This document shows positions 63,936-64,000 of a stretch of 64,000 bases of DNA, one piece after another (the first letter of the stretch is position 1; each line of letters starts with the position of its first letter). The position numbers were made by a program, and so were the translations under genes. The notes beneath the pieces were generated by a model, which saw only the letters and a program-made list of their open reading frames with translations, was not told the DNA's origin and ran no database searches. This DNA is from Callorhinchus milii. Its lineage: Eukaryota. Where the stretch lies: NCBI RefSeq assembly GCF_018977255.1, contig NW_024704743.1, positions 29,762,001-29,826,000 on the forward strand. Direction: 5' to 3'.

Positions 63936-64000
63936 CTCAATTAGATCAGCCATGTATTTCACATGGTCGGCCAACTCTATTAGTTCATGGTTCTGTTCCT
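63936..64000 (-). CDS. GMNN: Geminin penultimate coding exon, 3' part (runs off the window); end of the coiled coil
   Basis: Minus strand reads (x)EQNHELIELADHVKYMADLIE, then donor GAG|GTAAG (plus-strand cttac, 63931-63935). Resembles the geminin coiled-coil end (human [20 protein letters not shown], recalled). Confidence 0.9.

Overview
This window is eukaryotic, repeat-rich vertebrate genomic DNA. The tRNA-Ala/Deu-type SINEs with L2-like tails and abundant L2 and CR1 LINEs suggest a cartilaginous fish, possibly a holocephalan (inference). It contains two host genes in convergent orientation. (1) A complete 7-exon WRNIP1 (Mgs1/RarA-family AAA+ ATPase) on + from 11739 to 28900, 724 aa when spliced by hand with GT-AG introns. 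It has a UBZ4 zinc finger, an N-terminal linker expanded by in-frame minisatellites, and an apparently shortened C-terminus. (2) The last two coding exons and 3' UTR of geminin (GMNN) on - at the right edge. The rest is mostly mobile DNA: young and old SINEs, L2 and CR1 fragments, a decayed hAT (Charlie/GTF2IRD2-like) transposon with a perfect 8-bp TSD, a Ginger2/KRBA2-like TIR element in WRNIP1 intron 1, palindromic MITE-like elements, and an ancient non-LTR remnant present four times. The most unusual structures are a ~1.36-kb block (54447-55804) built from inverted copies of three nearby segments, and recurring fold-back or duplication scars at SINE 5' junctions. I see no convincing new multi-gene system. 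Most ORFs in the supplied track are repeat-derived or chance. Repeat boundaries and identities were estimated by eye.
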